A stretch of 64,000 bases of DNA. It comes from Lama glama (taxonomy: Eukaryota). The stretch covers positions 9,798,001 through 9,862,000 of the forward strand of contig CM052816.1 of the NCBI GenBank assembly GCA_028534125.1, given 5' to 3'. The translations under genes were made by a program, and so were the position numbers. Below the pieces are notes generated by a model. The model made no database searches, had not been told where the DNA came from, and saw nothing but the letters and a program-made list of their open reading frames with translations. Below are positions 25,601-39,600 of this stretch, piece after piece; within the stretch, counting starts at the first letter, position 1, and the number at the start of each line of letters is the position of its first letter.

Positions 25601-26571
25601 TTTTTGGTGATCAGCTCTGTAGAGGATAAAAGGGAGAAAGGAAGACAGTGCCTAGATTTCAGGTTTATCTCATTTTGCTTTTTTTTTTTTTTACTGCAGT
25701 GTGTCTGCTTAGTAGGAGTTTTCAAAAAAAAATCGAACTGGGAAATTAAACAGATCTCTGTTTTGAAGAGATCATTTGGAGATTAAAAAAAAAAGTGTAA
25801 AGAATGGAGACAAGCAAGTCTGTGAGGCCACTGAAAAAAGTCCACTGAAAGGAAAGAGGGTCTAAACTTATAAAACAAGGTAAAAAGTGAGATGTCTTTC
25901 GGCATGAAAGAAATTTACAAGGTCTGTAACAGATTAGGAGAGAGAGCATAGAATAGCTTGGAGGAGGATTATTTTCATCCCTGAAAGTAATCCAGAAGGA
26001 AGTACAGTCAAAAATGAAAAGTCCATCAAGGATAACAAAGACTTTATTGCATTTTTTTTTCCTGGGACTTATTTTCAAATGACAAAGCCTCTCTGTTTCC
26101 TCTTCACGCTTGAAGAATGATTTATAGCCATATATGATTTAGATAGAACTTTAACTTCAGTACTGGGAAGAAAAAGGCATTTGTGTGCCAGGACGGTTTC
26201 AAGGAAAGAACAAGATATCATGTTATGCTTTTTTTTTTTTTTTAAGGAGGGAACCAGATACTGCCCATCATTGGTAGAGGCCACAGGGAGTGTTATTTGA
26301 GGACACTTTCACTCCCATTTACCGTAATCTAACTGTGAAATATATGAGATTGGCCTTGGTCAAAGTCAACAAACAAGGCCACAAATTGGGATACAAATGT
26401 CAGTCTTGCCATGTGCTTTTCTCAGTTTCAGGCACATATTAAATGTTTAGAAATGTCAACACTTATTATTTTCCACTAGCATTATCATAGAGTAAGAAGC
26501 ATGGTTAGTATTTAAGTGTATGGAAGGTAACAAAGACAAGTGAGTTACAAAGGAGGAGGACAAGAGACAGA

Positions 26572-27875
26572 GTCTTCTTTGTTTTTGAAATATAGTTCAT
26601 TTACACTATTGTGTTAGTTTCAGATATACAGCAAAATGACTCAGTTATATATATATATATTTTTCAGATTATTTTCTGTTATGGGTTATTCTAGAATATT
26701 GAATATAGTTCCCTGTGCCGTAGAGTAAATCCTTGTTGCTTATCTATTTTATGTATAGTAGTTTGTATCTGTCAATCCCCTACTCCTTATTTATCCTCTC
26801 CCTTCCTTTTTCCCTTTTGGTAACCATAAGTTTATTTTCTGTGCAAGTCTGTTTCTGTTTTACAAATGAGTTCATTTGTATTATTTGTTAGATTTCACAT
26901 GTAAGTGATATCATAAAATATTTGTCTGACTTACTTAGTTTGATGTTCTTTGGGCCCATCCATGTTGCTTTAAGTGGTAATATTTATCCTTTTTATGGCT
27001 GAGTAGTATTCCATTGTCTATATATACCACATCTTTAGCCACACATCTTTCAATGGACATTTAGGTTGCTTCCATGTCTTGGCTATTGTAAATAGTGCTG
27101 CTATGAACATTGGGGTGCATGTATCTCTTCTAACTATGGTTTTTGCCTTTTCTGGATATATGCCCAGGATTGGGGCTGCTGGATTATATATGGTAACTCC
27201 ATTTTTAGTTTTTGAAGGAACCTATATATTTACTGTCCTCCATAGCGTCAGCATCAATTTACATTCTCACCAACAGAATAGGAAGGTTCCCTTTTCTCCA
27301 CACCCTCTCGAGCATTTATTTATAGACTTTTTGATGATAGCCATTCTGACCCTTGTGAACTGATACTCCCAATGTGGTTTTGATTTGTATTTCTTTAATA
27401 ATTATTGATGTTGAGCATCTTTGCGTATGCCTGTTAGCTATTTGTATGTCTTCTTTGGAGAAATGTCTATTTAGGTCTTCTGCCCATCTTTTGATTGTGT
27501 TTTTTGTTGTTGTTGTTATTGAGTTGTATGGGCTGTTTGTACATTTTGGATCTTAAACCTTTATCGGTTGCATTCTTTGCAAATATTTTCTCTTATTCTG
27601 TAGGATATCTTTTCATTTTGTTGATGGTTTCCTTTGCTGTGCAAAAGCTTTTAAATCTGATTAGATCCCATTTATTTTGCATTTATTTATTTTGCCTTGG
27701 AAGACTAATCTAAGAAAATATTGCTATGATTTGTGTCAGAGAATGCTTCACCTATGTTCTCTTCTAGGAGTTTTATGACATCATGTCTTTTACTTAGGTA
27801 TGTAAACCATTTTGAGTTTATTTGTGTATATGGTGTGTGGCCATGTTCTAATTTCATTGATTTACATGTAACTGG
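26572..27875 (-). mobile_element. 5'-truncated L1 (ORF2 end and 3'UTR)
   Basis: Clear antisense L1 ORF2 3' sequence; probable TSD AGAGACAGA (26563-26571, 27876-27884). Confidence 0.9.
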
Positions 27876-27907
27876 AGAGACAGATTTTTAACCATTACTG
27901 AGTTCTA

Positions 27908-28090
27908 GCCCAGGGGTCCCACCTGGCCCACCACCTATGTTTGTAAGTCTTTGTTTTATTGGCACACGGCCATGCATATTTATTAACATAAGGTAAATTC
28001 GTATGTTTACACAACAGCAGCGTTGAGTGGTTATGATAGAGACTGTATGTCCCACAAAGTCTGGCTCTTTATAGAAAGTTCGCTGACAGA
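27908..28090. mobile_element. MER58-like hAT element
   Basis: tttattggcacacggccatgc...gagactgtatgtcccacaaag. Confidence 0.6.
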
Positions 28091-29584
28091 GTCTACATAA
28101 GTGCTCTCTGCACTTGTTTCTGAAGCCTTGACAGAGAGAGGGAGACTTCAGGTGAGTTCCTTACATGAGAAAATAAGAAAGTTGACAGTGGTGGATCTAT
28201 GAAAACCCATTTTCTGACAATAGAATCTGAAATATCAGTCACAGAGAAACGCACAAGTTGGTGGTAGTGACCAGGAAGCAGGGATAGAAATAGTTTGGCT
28301 TTCTTTAGTTCTATTTCAGGATCGCTTGTCACTTCCTGGTTTAGAATTTTAGGGCTGCTTTGTGAAACATCAGTGAGATGGGTCTGGTTTTCATTTGCCT
28401 CCAGTCCATCAAGATACGACTCAAGAAGCAACTCAAAAGTTAGCTTACTTGCTAGTTACTGTAGCTGTTTTGTTGTGACCATTTTGACACAGATGACGTT
28501 TTATATTCACGTCTTGGGTGTGTCTCCAAAATAAACAACTTTCAGCTTTTTTTAATCTCCCAGGTAATGTTTTCAACACATTTGCACTCTTAGCCCTGAT
28601 CCCTGAGCCTTAGTCCATTCTGTACTTTATTATCCTTGATCCTGATCCCATTCTTGACCCCTGCCACCCCTACTTCACCCTTGACCTTCACTGAGTCCCT
28701 AGGCATTTGTTCATCCTGTGTCTCATCCCACTCTGGGCCACCCTATCCTTCACCTCACCCTATCCCTAAGACACACTCTCCCTGCTGCTCTGAATGATTA
28801 TCAAGGGTTGTTTAAGTCTTTAGTGTGAGATAACCAAGTCTTTTGTGCACATTACCTAATAGTACTGAAAGCAGTATAAGGGGTTGGTTCTTTATATCTT
28901 AATGAAATATTCAAAATGACATAACAAAGCAGGTACTTCTCAAAAAATAGTATGTCTTGGCCAGGAAAATAGAATTTCTGGATTTCCTAGAAATAACCAG
29001 GAAGGAGATACAATCTCATATGTTATAGAATCTCTAAACCCATCTTGGATATCCTGGAATTGCCAAAGGAAATAGCAACGATGTTTCCTCTTTTTTGTCT
29101 GAGATGAATCTGTATTTTCATGCTTAAACAATGATTTACAAGCCTTCTTTCTTCATTTTTTTTAATAATGATAACAAAGGAAAAACAGAGGGATTGACTT
29201 ATTTTCACTCAGTTACAAAGGACAGAGATCACAGAATTCTACTACAATTGGCCTAGTGGCAACTTACCTAGAAGAAAAAGGGCAGAGGAATAATTACAAA
29301 ATGAACTTCCCCAATCCAAGTAGGCCTGCCATTCAGACACAGTTCTTCCATAGCTGAGAATGGCTTGAAGCACGGTGGATTCCCCTCAAGCTTCCTCCAT
29401 CTACCGTGTGTTCAGCGTCAGCCCACAGTCTGCAACTGAACAAAGTAACTTGGTACTGGGTACTGTCACAGGGTACCAGGAGCATGACAGGGTTTCAGCA
29501 TCGAGACGGGAGCTTACAAGCTGTTCCATCCCACCCCTCTCTAATGCTTGTATTCCTGGTGGATTTCTCAGGTGTGTTAGGTCG

Positions 29585-29872
29585 CTGTCTAGTTTAGTAG
29601 CCTCTAGCTCCATGTAGCTACTGAGCACTTGAAACTTCACTGGTCCAAACTGAGACATGCTGTAAGTATAAAATACTTATCAATATTAAAGACTTAGTAA
29701 CATAAAATTTTTTACCAATTATATTTTGAAATAATAGTTTTGATATATTGGGCCAAATATATTGCTAAAATTAATTTTACACATTTCTCTTATAGCTACC
29801 AGAAAATCTGAAATTACATATTTTCATATGTAATTTGAAATTTGTGGCTCCTATTTCTGTTGGACAGTGCTG
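29585..29872. mobile_element. MER3/MER33-like hAT element
   Basis: tagctccatgtagctactgagcacttgaaa...tatttctgttggacagtgctg. Confidence 0.65.
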
Positions 29873-30336
29873 CTGAGACTTGCACACGTTGGCAACTCTC
29901 TTTGCCTTAGTCTTCCCCCAGACTGTGTGTCTAAGACCCTGATACAGGAAATCAGAAGGCAATGTGATTGAATGTGAGAAATTACTGTTCTGTGTCATTG
30001 GATGAGGTCCACATAATTGGGATAGTTAAGCTATTCATGGAAATACAGAAGCTAGATAGAGGAGGTGGTAAGGTAACAAGATAGTGAAGGTGAGGTTGAT
30101 TCATAGCTGACTGAGCTTTATATAGCTGTTGGCTGCTGGGGAACCCTGTCTCCCCACCTCTCTTCTAGACATTCCTTCCCAACTATGATAGTAACTTGAA
30201 TCTGAAAAAAAAGTGAGCATTCTCTCTCCACCCACAGGCGTGACAAGACACAAGGGTAGAGTTTATCAGCTTCTGCAAAAACACGTTTCTGTTATCCACA
30301 AAGAAGTCCCAGAAATCGTGTTCTGCTGGGTGTACT

Positions 30337-30342
30337 TTTATT
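30337..30342 (-). terminator. SPINK5 polyadenylation signal AATAAA
   Basis: AATAAA ~270 nt after the stop. Confidence 0.85.
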
Positions 30343-30611
30343 GAACAGGCAGTTGAACAGACAGCATTGTGATCAGGTTTCCAGAGCACAAACTGGGTGA
30401 AGATGTCTCTGTGCCCTCAGATCACAGAATCTAGGAGGAAAGAGATGGAAAAGACTGAAAATTAGTGAGTCCATTCCCCCAACAGCTCTGTATTGCTTTC
30501 TATAGTAAATAAGACAAGCTCTGAAGAGTTCTTCATATATACAGATGGTGAAGGTAGGCGATTCATAATTGGAGTACACATTTTCTCTCATGGTATTCAC
30601 CAACTCTTGCA

Positions 30612-30620
30612 TCATTTGAA
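30612..30620 (-). CDS. SPINK5: SPINK5 terminal exon, coding part F-K-stop, followed by ~290-nt 3'UTR
   Basis: tctcttctag|TTC AAA TGA; downstream sequence resembles recalled human SPINK5 3'UTR. Confidence 0.85.
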   Translation of the reverse strand, partial: FK

Positions 30621-33600
30621 CTAGAAGAGAAGATGAGTAGGTTAGATGCTAGCAACTCAAAGACACTGTAGAAACTCAGGCTGTACATATAATAACTGTA
30701 CCATAATCAAAGAAATCCAGATCCCCGCATTCTGCCAAGAACACACAATTTCAAATCATTTTCACATATCATTCGTTTCAATGAGTATTTATTGAACACC
30801 TTGTACATATTACCTGTTGAGGTAGATATAAAAATGAACTCTGCTTTTGATTATGTGTAACCTTCATGGTAATGAAAAGAGGAAGCTCTCACTCACATCA
30901 TTTCACAAAGGAGGAAATTGAGCTTCAGAGAAGTTGAGTGACTTGCCAAAGGTCTCATATTTGGTCAGGACTTAAATCCAATTCCTATAGCAATTAATGA
31001 TTTACTATTACAGTTTGTTTGAGGCCATGAGAATTTAATCAGCTAGTTTCCTTGCCTGACTCATCCATGTAGTCATATATATATTTTTTTAATTGAAGTA
31101 CAGTCAGTTACAGTGTGGCAGTTTCTGGTGTATAGCACAATGTCCTAGTGATGCATATATATACATATATTTTCATATTCTTTTTCATTAAAGGTTATTA
31201 TAAGATACCAAACATAGTTCCCTGTGCTATACAGAAGAAATTTTTAAAATCTATCTTTATATATAGTGGCTAGTGTTTGTAAATCTCAAACTCCCAAATT
31301 TATCCCTTCTCACCCCCTTTCCCTGTAGCCATAAGATTGTTTACTATGTCTGCGAGTCTGTTTTTGTCTTGTAGTTGAGTTCATAGGGTCCTTTGTTTTC
31401 TTTTTTTTTTTTTTTTTTTTTTTAGATTCCACATATGAGTGATATCACATGGTATTTTTCTTTCTCTTCCTGGCTTGCTTCACTTAGAATGACGGTCTCT
31501 AGGTCCACCCATGTTGCTGCAAATGGCATTAGTTTATTCTTTTCTATGTCTGAGTAGTATTCCATCGTATAAATATACCACAATTTCTTTATCCTGTCAT
31601 CTGTTGATGGACATTTATTTAGGCTGTTTCCATGTCTTGGCTATTGTATATAGTGCTGCTATGAACATTGGGGAGGATGTATCTTTTTGAATTAGAGTTC
31701 CCTCCAGATATATGCCCAGGAGTGGGATCACTGGGTCATACGGTAAGTCTATTTTCAGTCTTTTGAGGAATCTCCATACTGTTTTCCACAATGGCTGCAC
31801 CAAACTGCATTCCCACCAGCAGTGTAGGAGGGTTCCCTTTTCTCCACAGCCTCTCCAGCATTTGTCATTTGTGGACTTATGAATGATGGCCATTCTGACT
31901 GGTGCGAGGTGATACCTCATTATAGTTTTGATTTGCACTTCTCTGATAATTAGTGATATGGAGCATTTTTTCATGTTCCTATTGGCCATTTGTATGTCTT
32001 CATTGGACAATTGCTTGTTTAGGTCTTCTGCACATTTTTGGATTGGGTTGTTTGTTTGTTTGTTTTTCGTGTTATTAAGTTGTATGAGCTGTTTATATAT
32101 TCTGGAAATTAAGCCTTTATCAGTTACATCATTTGAAAATTCTTTCTCCCATTCCATAGGTGGTTGTTTTGTTTTGCTTATGGTTTCCTTTTTTGTGCAA
32201 AAGCTTGTAAGTTTAATTAGGTCCCATTTGTTTATTTTTGCTCTTATTTCTATTGCCTGGGTAGACTGCCCTAGGAGAACATTGCTAAGATTTATGTCAG
32301 AGAATGTTTTGCCTATCTTTTCTTCTAGGACATTTATCGTGTCTCGTCTTGTATTTAAGTCTTTAAGCCATTTTGAATTTATTTTGGGGTATGGAGTGAG
32401 GGAGTGTTCTAACTTCATTGATTTACATAGGGCTGTCCAGTTTTCCCAGCACCACTTGCTGAAGAGACTATATCTTTTCTCCATTGTATATTCTTGTTTC
32501 CCTTTGTCAAAGATTAATTGACCATAGGTCAGTGGGTTTATTTCTGGGCTCTCTGTTCTGTTCCATCCATCCATATGTCTGTTTTTATGCCAATACCATG
32601 CTGTTTTGATTACTGTTAGTCATATGTTCTTAAAATCAACATTTAAAACATAATATCAGTGTTTAAAAAATGTTTAAATGGGTAACTGCATCTTGTCTGC
32701 TGGTCTCACCTGTAACAGTAGCAATTTTATTATTCCAAACTCAAACCTCTGTATTCGTTCTCACATTTACCCCATAAGGCTTCCTGTCATTTGTTGGCAG
32801 CTGTAATCTTGTTGAGTCCTTGAAGATCTTTGTCATGAAATTGATAAGTCATTTACTCATCTCTCAAAATAGTATTGATATTTTTCTTGACATAGGAATT
32901 TCCTTCCAATGTAGCTAATCTTTAATTACTTGAGATAATGCCTTCTCTAGAGCCCCTGGTTTTCAGAATCTCCTGACAACTAAAGGATGGTGGCAGAGGA
33001 TAAAAAATGAAGGCAGAAAATCTACACTGGACCTCAAATATAATATTCAATTACTTTGGTAAATTGCAGGATTTCTCCCAGGGTTGATTTTCTGTAAAAT
33101 GGGAAAGATAATGATCCCTGCCCTGAATACAGGTTTATTGTGAGGATGCAAAAGGGAAGATCACACAAAACTTGAAAAAGTTACATAAATCTTGGTAGTT
33201 ATGTCTACTGTATAATGTAAAGTACTTCTTGGAATAAGAAGTAAAAGTTTGGATTCCAGGATTTTCAATCTAATTTTCCAGGAAAGTTGTAAGTGCCTGG
33301 ACTTTTCTTTATTCTCGAGGTTCCAGATTCTCACAGAGAACAGGAAAAAAATGTTTAGGCAGTAGGTTCTAACTTCTGGGATATGTACCCGTAATAGTTA
33401 CCAGAACAATGCAGGGTGACACCGTATCACCTTGGTGTATCCGAGATCACATAATTGAATCATACAGCAAGCAGGAACTGAACCTCATGCCCAGGATACC
33501 TCTTGTTCTAATGATTTGTTCCATCAGATAATGCTAAGTAATTCCTGTCCTTAATAATGCCTGTTATATAACTCTAGTGGGAAGAAAACACCCAAAAATG

Positions 33601-36600
33601 AAAGGAGGAAACTTACAGAAACCTTTTGTGCTTGGCTCTGGCGAGATTCTTCATTATTTGAATAAATACATCTTATTAGCATTATTCTATGGCAAGTTCC
33701 TCATAAAGTAGTTTTCATCAAGTTGTCTATATGAAATGACAGCAAGGCATGATCTAAGGTGTGGTCTGTAGGACTTGTGTAAAGATTATTTTTACCTCTC
33801 TGTTCTGAGATGTGTGTGACCAGGTGTGTTTGAGATGCGGGGGGACGATTATATTCTGGCAATAAAACGAGGAGCAAACCACCGAGAGTTCCTATATGCA
33901 GTAAGATGGCAAAGATAGTATAGGGACTAGGGCAAAAGTTTAAACCCTGTCTTTATGGGTGTGTAAAGACCCATAAAGAGTAGACAAACGACTTTTTCAA
34001 CCCACATGAGAAAACAATGAAGGTCTCCTGATTTCATTCCAGTACCCCACCTACTCTCCTCTGCCTCCCAGCTGCCAGTGCGAAACCAGAAACACCTAGC
34101 TGACAACTCTTGTTTTTCCAGTTTCCCGTATCAGGGCTCACTGAGTACTTCTTTTGAATATGGCCTCATCTAGTGTTGCTTAAGATCCCCAAATCCGGTG
34201 GAATTGTTTTTAATTCCATATTGCCAGAGCTTTTGGTGGCAGGGAAAAGGAGCCAAAAAGTTGTGAATCATAATAAGTAACTATCTTAAAGAAATATATT
34301 TTCAATGTCAAATATAAATTTATTAAAACATTATTTATTAAAATTATTAAAAATAAGCACTGCACCAGGGTCTGTTTCTTTATATTCATACTTTAGACTC
34401 TTAGGCATAATAATAATAGCTATTAATTTTTAAACACTGTGCCAAATCCTTGAAAGTCAGTATTCAGTACATATTTTCTATAACTCAGTGAGATCTTTGG
34501 TTACATATTTATATGATTTGCCAAAGGTCTCATATATGAAAAACATATCAAACTCTGAACCTGTATTTTCTTGGTAACGAAAAATTCTCTCTTATTTGAA
34601 AATTCCTAGATTTTTCCCCAGGTTATATATCATCTTGCCTGAGAAAGAGATTCCTCAAACGCAGTATCAGGCGGAATGTTAAATTTATTCCAAGATCCCT
34701 ACTGGATGCCTGGGTAACACCAAACCCTATATATACTGTTTCTTCCTATACATACGTACATACCTATGATAAAGTTTAATTTAAAAGTTAGGCGTGATAA
34801 GAGATAAATAACAAGAAATAATAATAAAATAGAACAATTACAATATTATGTAATAAAAGTTACATGAATGCAATCTCTCTACGTGATGGGATGATATGTG
34901 GTGAATGACGCTGGAATTGTGACACGGTGTCAGGCCACCACTGACCTGACAGTAGGTCAGGAGGAGGATCTTTGCTTCAGGTGATCCTGTATACTCAAGC
35001 TATGACAGCGTTGGTGGCTAGATACCAAAAAATGATGTCAATGGTTGGGAATCCTTGATAGTTGAAAGGTTTTTTGCCCAAAACGTTTAGAAGAACATTC
35101 TAATCAGAAATTGTTGCTCTTTCTAACGCTTCAAGGTTGTAATCCTTCAGGGATCATATGGGTGATGTTAATGCTGTGTTCCATCTAAAGATTGTCTTCC
35201 ATAATTTTGTCCTTTAATGTCTGCAGTTAGAAATGGTTTGGCAAGTTTTGGTAATGTAAATTGCTGGTTCTGCTTTAGTTTCTTCTTTATCTTCCTCTTC
35301 CTCTGTAGATGACTCAACGAGTTCTTCCAGCTTCTCATTCATTAATACTTCTCAGTGGCCTTCAATATGTTCTTCGACTTCTTCATCAAGGATGTCAGAA
35401 AATCCTTCCCCATCAACTTGTCTCACCCCATGAATGATTTTCCTAACTTCTCCATTGATCCTTGGGAAACCTTTATAATCATTACAACTTCACTCCATAA
35501 ATGTTTCCAGCAGTTATTTACAGTCACTGGTTTTAATCGATCCATTGCAGCTTTGATGAATGTTATCATGTCAGCAGTAGTAAATGATTCCCAGCACTGC
35601 ATTATGTCCAGAGTAGGGTCTTCATCAGTTGCTGATAAAAAGTGACCAGATACCAGGCAGGTGTATGTGGTCTTGACAGACTCAATGATGCCCTGGTCAA
35701 GGGGCTGAAGCAGTAAAGTTCTATTTGTAGGTAAAAAATACAACCTCAGCATTTTCATTTTCATAGCAAATAGATTCAGGATGGCCAGGTGCATTGTCTA
35801 TTATTAAAAGGACTTTAAATTCTAACCCTACCTCTTCCAAGTATTTTTTCACTTCTGGGATGCAGCATTGGTGAAACCATTTCATGAACAAGATGGCTGT
35901 CACCCTCCCTTTCAGAGTCTTACCAGTACATGGGTGATAATTTTTGTTTTTGTTTTTGAGAGCAAGTGGTCCTTCACTCTTTACACCATGTCTGGCTTAA
36001 TCATGTGCTCTACAGCGTTACCTTGTCATAGTACCAGAGTGAATGTGTCATTTCATGTTTTATGCCCTGGTGCTTAATGAGAGCATTAAGACCTTGCACT
36101 TTTATAAACGTAGGTTCTATTGGGCATCTTTTTCCAGAGGAGCTTGGTCTCACTGTAACTGAAGACTTGATTTAGATGGTATCTTTTCTCCTTAATCAAC
36201 TTGTTCCATTCTGCTGGAAATGTGGCCAAAGCTGCTTCGCTGGCAGATGCAGTCTTTCTAAGTGCTACACTTTTCAGTCCAAATCTGTCCCTGAATCTGT
36301 GTAACCATTCTTTACTTGCAGCAAATGGCTTGGTGTCACTAATTTCCAGGGATCCCTTGCCAAAGTCCTCGTTTAGGCTCAATGCTTTTTGGTGCAACAC
36401 ACACAAATCAAAACACATTTTCCGTTTGTGTCTTCCAGACATGACTTAAAGCCTTTTCCATCTTAACTAACCACTTATCACCCATTGTGGCTGTAACTTT
36501 TGCAATTTGAGGTGTGGCAGTAAAACTAGCGTGAATTTCTTTTTTGTTCTTCATAATTTCATGGATAGAAGATTCATTCTTACTGAAGACCTGAGCAACC

Positions 36601-39600
36601 GGAGCATATGGGTTTTTTTCCTTATTGAACCTAGAACTTTCACCTTGCACTTAAAGGAAGAACGTTTTGGCGTCTTTGGCATACATTAATTTCCATTACC
36701 AATACTCCTGCACTTTGGGGGCATTAGTCAGTAAAATGAGGGTTATTTGAACAAAAGACTCCACTACCACAGCGGTCAATCTGATAACGTAGATGACAGC
36801 TAAGTGACTGACAGGCGGGATGTACTGGACAAAGGTATGACTTACTTCCCAGGAGAAACGGAGTGGGGCACTGCAGGATTTCGTCACGCTGCTCACAACA
36901 GCATGCAGTTTAAGACTTAGGAATTGTCTATTTCTGGAATTTTCCACGTAATATTTTCAGACCTTAGGTAACTGAAACCATGGAAAGTAAAACCTCAGAT
37001 AAGGTAGGGTTACTGTAATGTGTGTGGAAACATCCTTGTAGGGAGTTAAATGAAAAGGTCAACTTTTCATGCTGGGTAACAATGCAAAGCACAAGGATGT
37101 GTGGGGGCTACACAGAAATGGTTTCAGTCCAGTTCTGTCACTGACCTCTCTTGGTCTCTGTCTCATCTTTTTATTGGAGGTCACAGAAAATAAAACTTAT
37201 TCTGCAACAGTGTTACATTATGGACACTGCACTTAATCTGTTAATGATCCCAGTAAATATTTTTAAATGTTAAAGACTGTATTTCTGTTCCTACATATTT
37301 TAGTAATTACTTAGTTATCTTCACAATGAAGATGTGACCAATTCTAGGGTTACCTGACCTGGTATGATTTTCCTGGTCAGAGATATGTCCATCACTCAGG
37401 ACAAGAATACAGAAGCAGAACCAGCTGGTCCTAACGCGGTAACCACGGACGCCGGCGTACTTACAGATGCGGGCAGGCTGACCGGTGTTGTTTCTGGGAT
37501 GCCATTCTCCTCACACCTCCCTTCACTGCGTATGTGTGTATTAGTTTGGTATATTCTAAAACAAAGATGGGAACACTTTGTTATAATGAGAAAAAAAAAG
37601 GATTAATATGAGTGCCATTTGGGCATCAAAAACCAGAACTGAAATTAGGGGTAGGGGCTGGGATCTGTATTCAGCTACTTTCTGGTAGGCATCATTCAGG
37701 TTTCTTCTCCCTCTTCTGATTTAACTCCTCATTTGTGCCCCAGGCCTGGACCCATTCAACTGTACACTCATGGAATTGTTGAATGTTGGAAATAAACTTG
37801 GAGCTCGTCTAGTCCAAAGGCCATTATTTTAAAGATGGGAAAATTGGATCCCAGAGAGAAGTTTGACTTTGCTGGATATCTGTAATGTGACTTGGGGATT
37901 ATAAAATGCAATATATTTTATATAAGTATATATAAATTCTCTGTATATAATAAATATAGCAATACATTATCGTAAAGTTGAATTTGATAGAAAGAATCTT
38001 AAAAGGTATGACTTTTAATGCCATTCTCTAAAAAAAATTATATATCAAATATCTACTTGTTTGCCTTGGTGGTGGGAAACTCATTGTCTATCAAGGCAGT
38101 TGATTTTGTTCTTGATCATCGCTCAAGGTGAAACTGCTTCCCTATCGCTTCCTCTGAGACCACAGAAACCAGTCATGTTCCCTCTTCCATGAGACAGCCT
38201 GAATCTTCTCTGTATACTCCTAGTTCCTTTAGCCAAACAATCCATCCTGAGGCATGCTTCATCAGTATTTTTTCATGTGCATTTCTGAAATTAGTAAAAT
38301 TGCTAAAGTTCCCTTGAGTAGAGTATGACCCATTGTGGGTCATATGGTTAGCAGAATGTGTAAAGAATCTTGGGTGGAAAATTTAGGCCTGACATTTACA
38401 ATGAAGAGAAGTTGGAGGATTTCTAGGCTGAAAATAAGGTATATATAGTAACAAATTCATGAGTGGGTGTACTCATTCCTTAAACATTTAAGATATTTAA
38501 GAATTAACAATTCCTTAAATCTTAAAATTCTATAATCCACATATGGATTTCCAGAGATTTATGTACCCACAGTCCTTGTGTATACAAATTGTTAATGTTT
38601 CATCATTTTCTTGTCTGTGAAGAGATAACTTTCTCCATATTATCAAAGGAATCTTTGACGCCCAAATGTTTAAGAAACTACTGCCTTGGATATAACAATA
38701 GTGTAGTAGAGAGAAAAGAAAACTGAATTTACACCCAAGTCAACAAGGTTAAAATCCTGTCTGATCTACTTCCTAGCTTTGCCATTTTAAACAAATTACC
38801 TGGAGTCTCTCAGCCTCAGTTTCACTTTCTGTACAATGAAGATATTGCCACTGCATAGTGAGGAGTGAGGATTCAGTGAAACTGTGAATATGAAAGTGTC
38901 TTACTTATGATATAAAGCACGCATATTCAGATTTTAGTCTACGTATATGAACTACGTATATCGATGGCTTTTTCTTTTGTGAGTTCTTTGATTTAAAAGA
39001 AAATAAATGTAAACTCAAATATTTTTCTGGGATTGAAAATCAGGATATCAGGCCCATCCTCAATTTCTGGGCCTTGCTTATCGTATCCTAAGAGAGAGAG
39101 AACAAACACTCATGGACTGTGCTGCAAGTCTGGGTTGGGTGGGGCAGGAAAGTCAAGATGTGCCGCCGTGCTCTCATTTAAAGCTGGGGAGATGGAGGCT
39201 GGGGAAAGGTGAGGAACGTGAATGGGTAAAATAGCGTCTGAGCAGAAAAGCACCAACAAATCTGCAACCAGTAATGAAAGTATTCAAACAAATCCCTTGT
39301 ATTTAACTAAAAGAATAATAGTAATTTTTCTTAATAATCTTGTGATGTCAGCTGGCTAAGAGAACCGTCTCCAGTTTTCCAATGAAGGAACTGAATCTCA
39401 GAATGATGAGGTAATATGCCCGCAGACGCACAGATTAGAATGAAGCTGAGAACAGACACCAGGCCTGCCACCGGCTCCATTGTGCTTTTTTTTTGCTTGT
39501 TAGCACTTCCTGCTCTAAGGAGACTTGGGGGCATAGGGAGTCTGTGACTATCGGGTAGTCATAAGGCCCGTTAGAGATTAGAGGCTGGGCTGACTCTGTA

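Noticed and set aside
28440..28600. Possible Kazal exon (IC..SYSN before a gtaagc donor)
   Set aside because: No cysteine pattern, contains a stop, motifs in different frames.
31928..32521. 197-aa plus-strand ORF (also ORFs at 27079-27713)
   Set aside because: Antisense reading of L1 ORF2.
31615..32574. 319-aa ORF as a host gene
   Set aside because: C-terminus of a 5'-truncated L1 ORF2, with a locally scrambled frame and an early stop.
35423..36650. Domesticated Tigger transposase (TIGD-like gene)
   Set aside because: Broken into several frames by stops and frameshifts; a decayed transposon.
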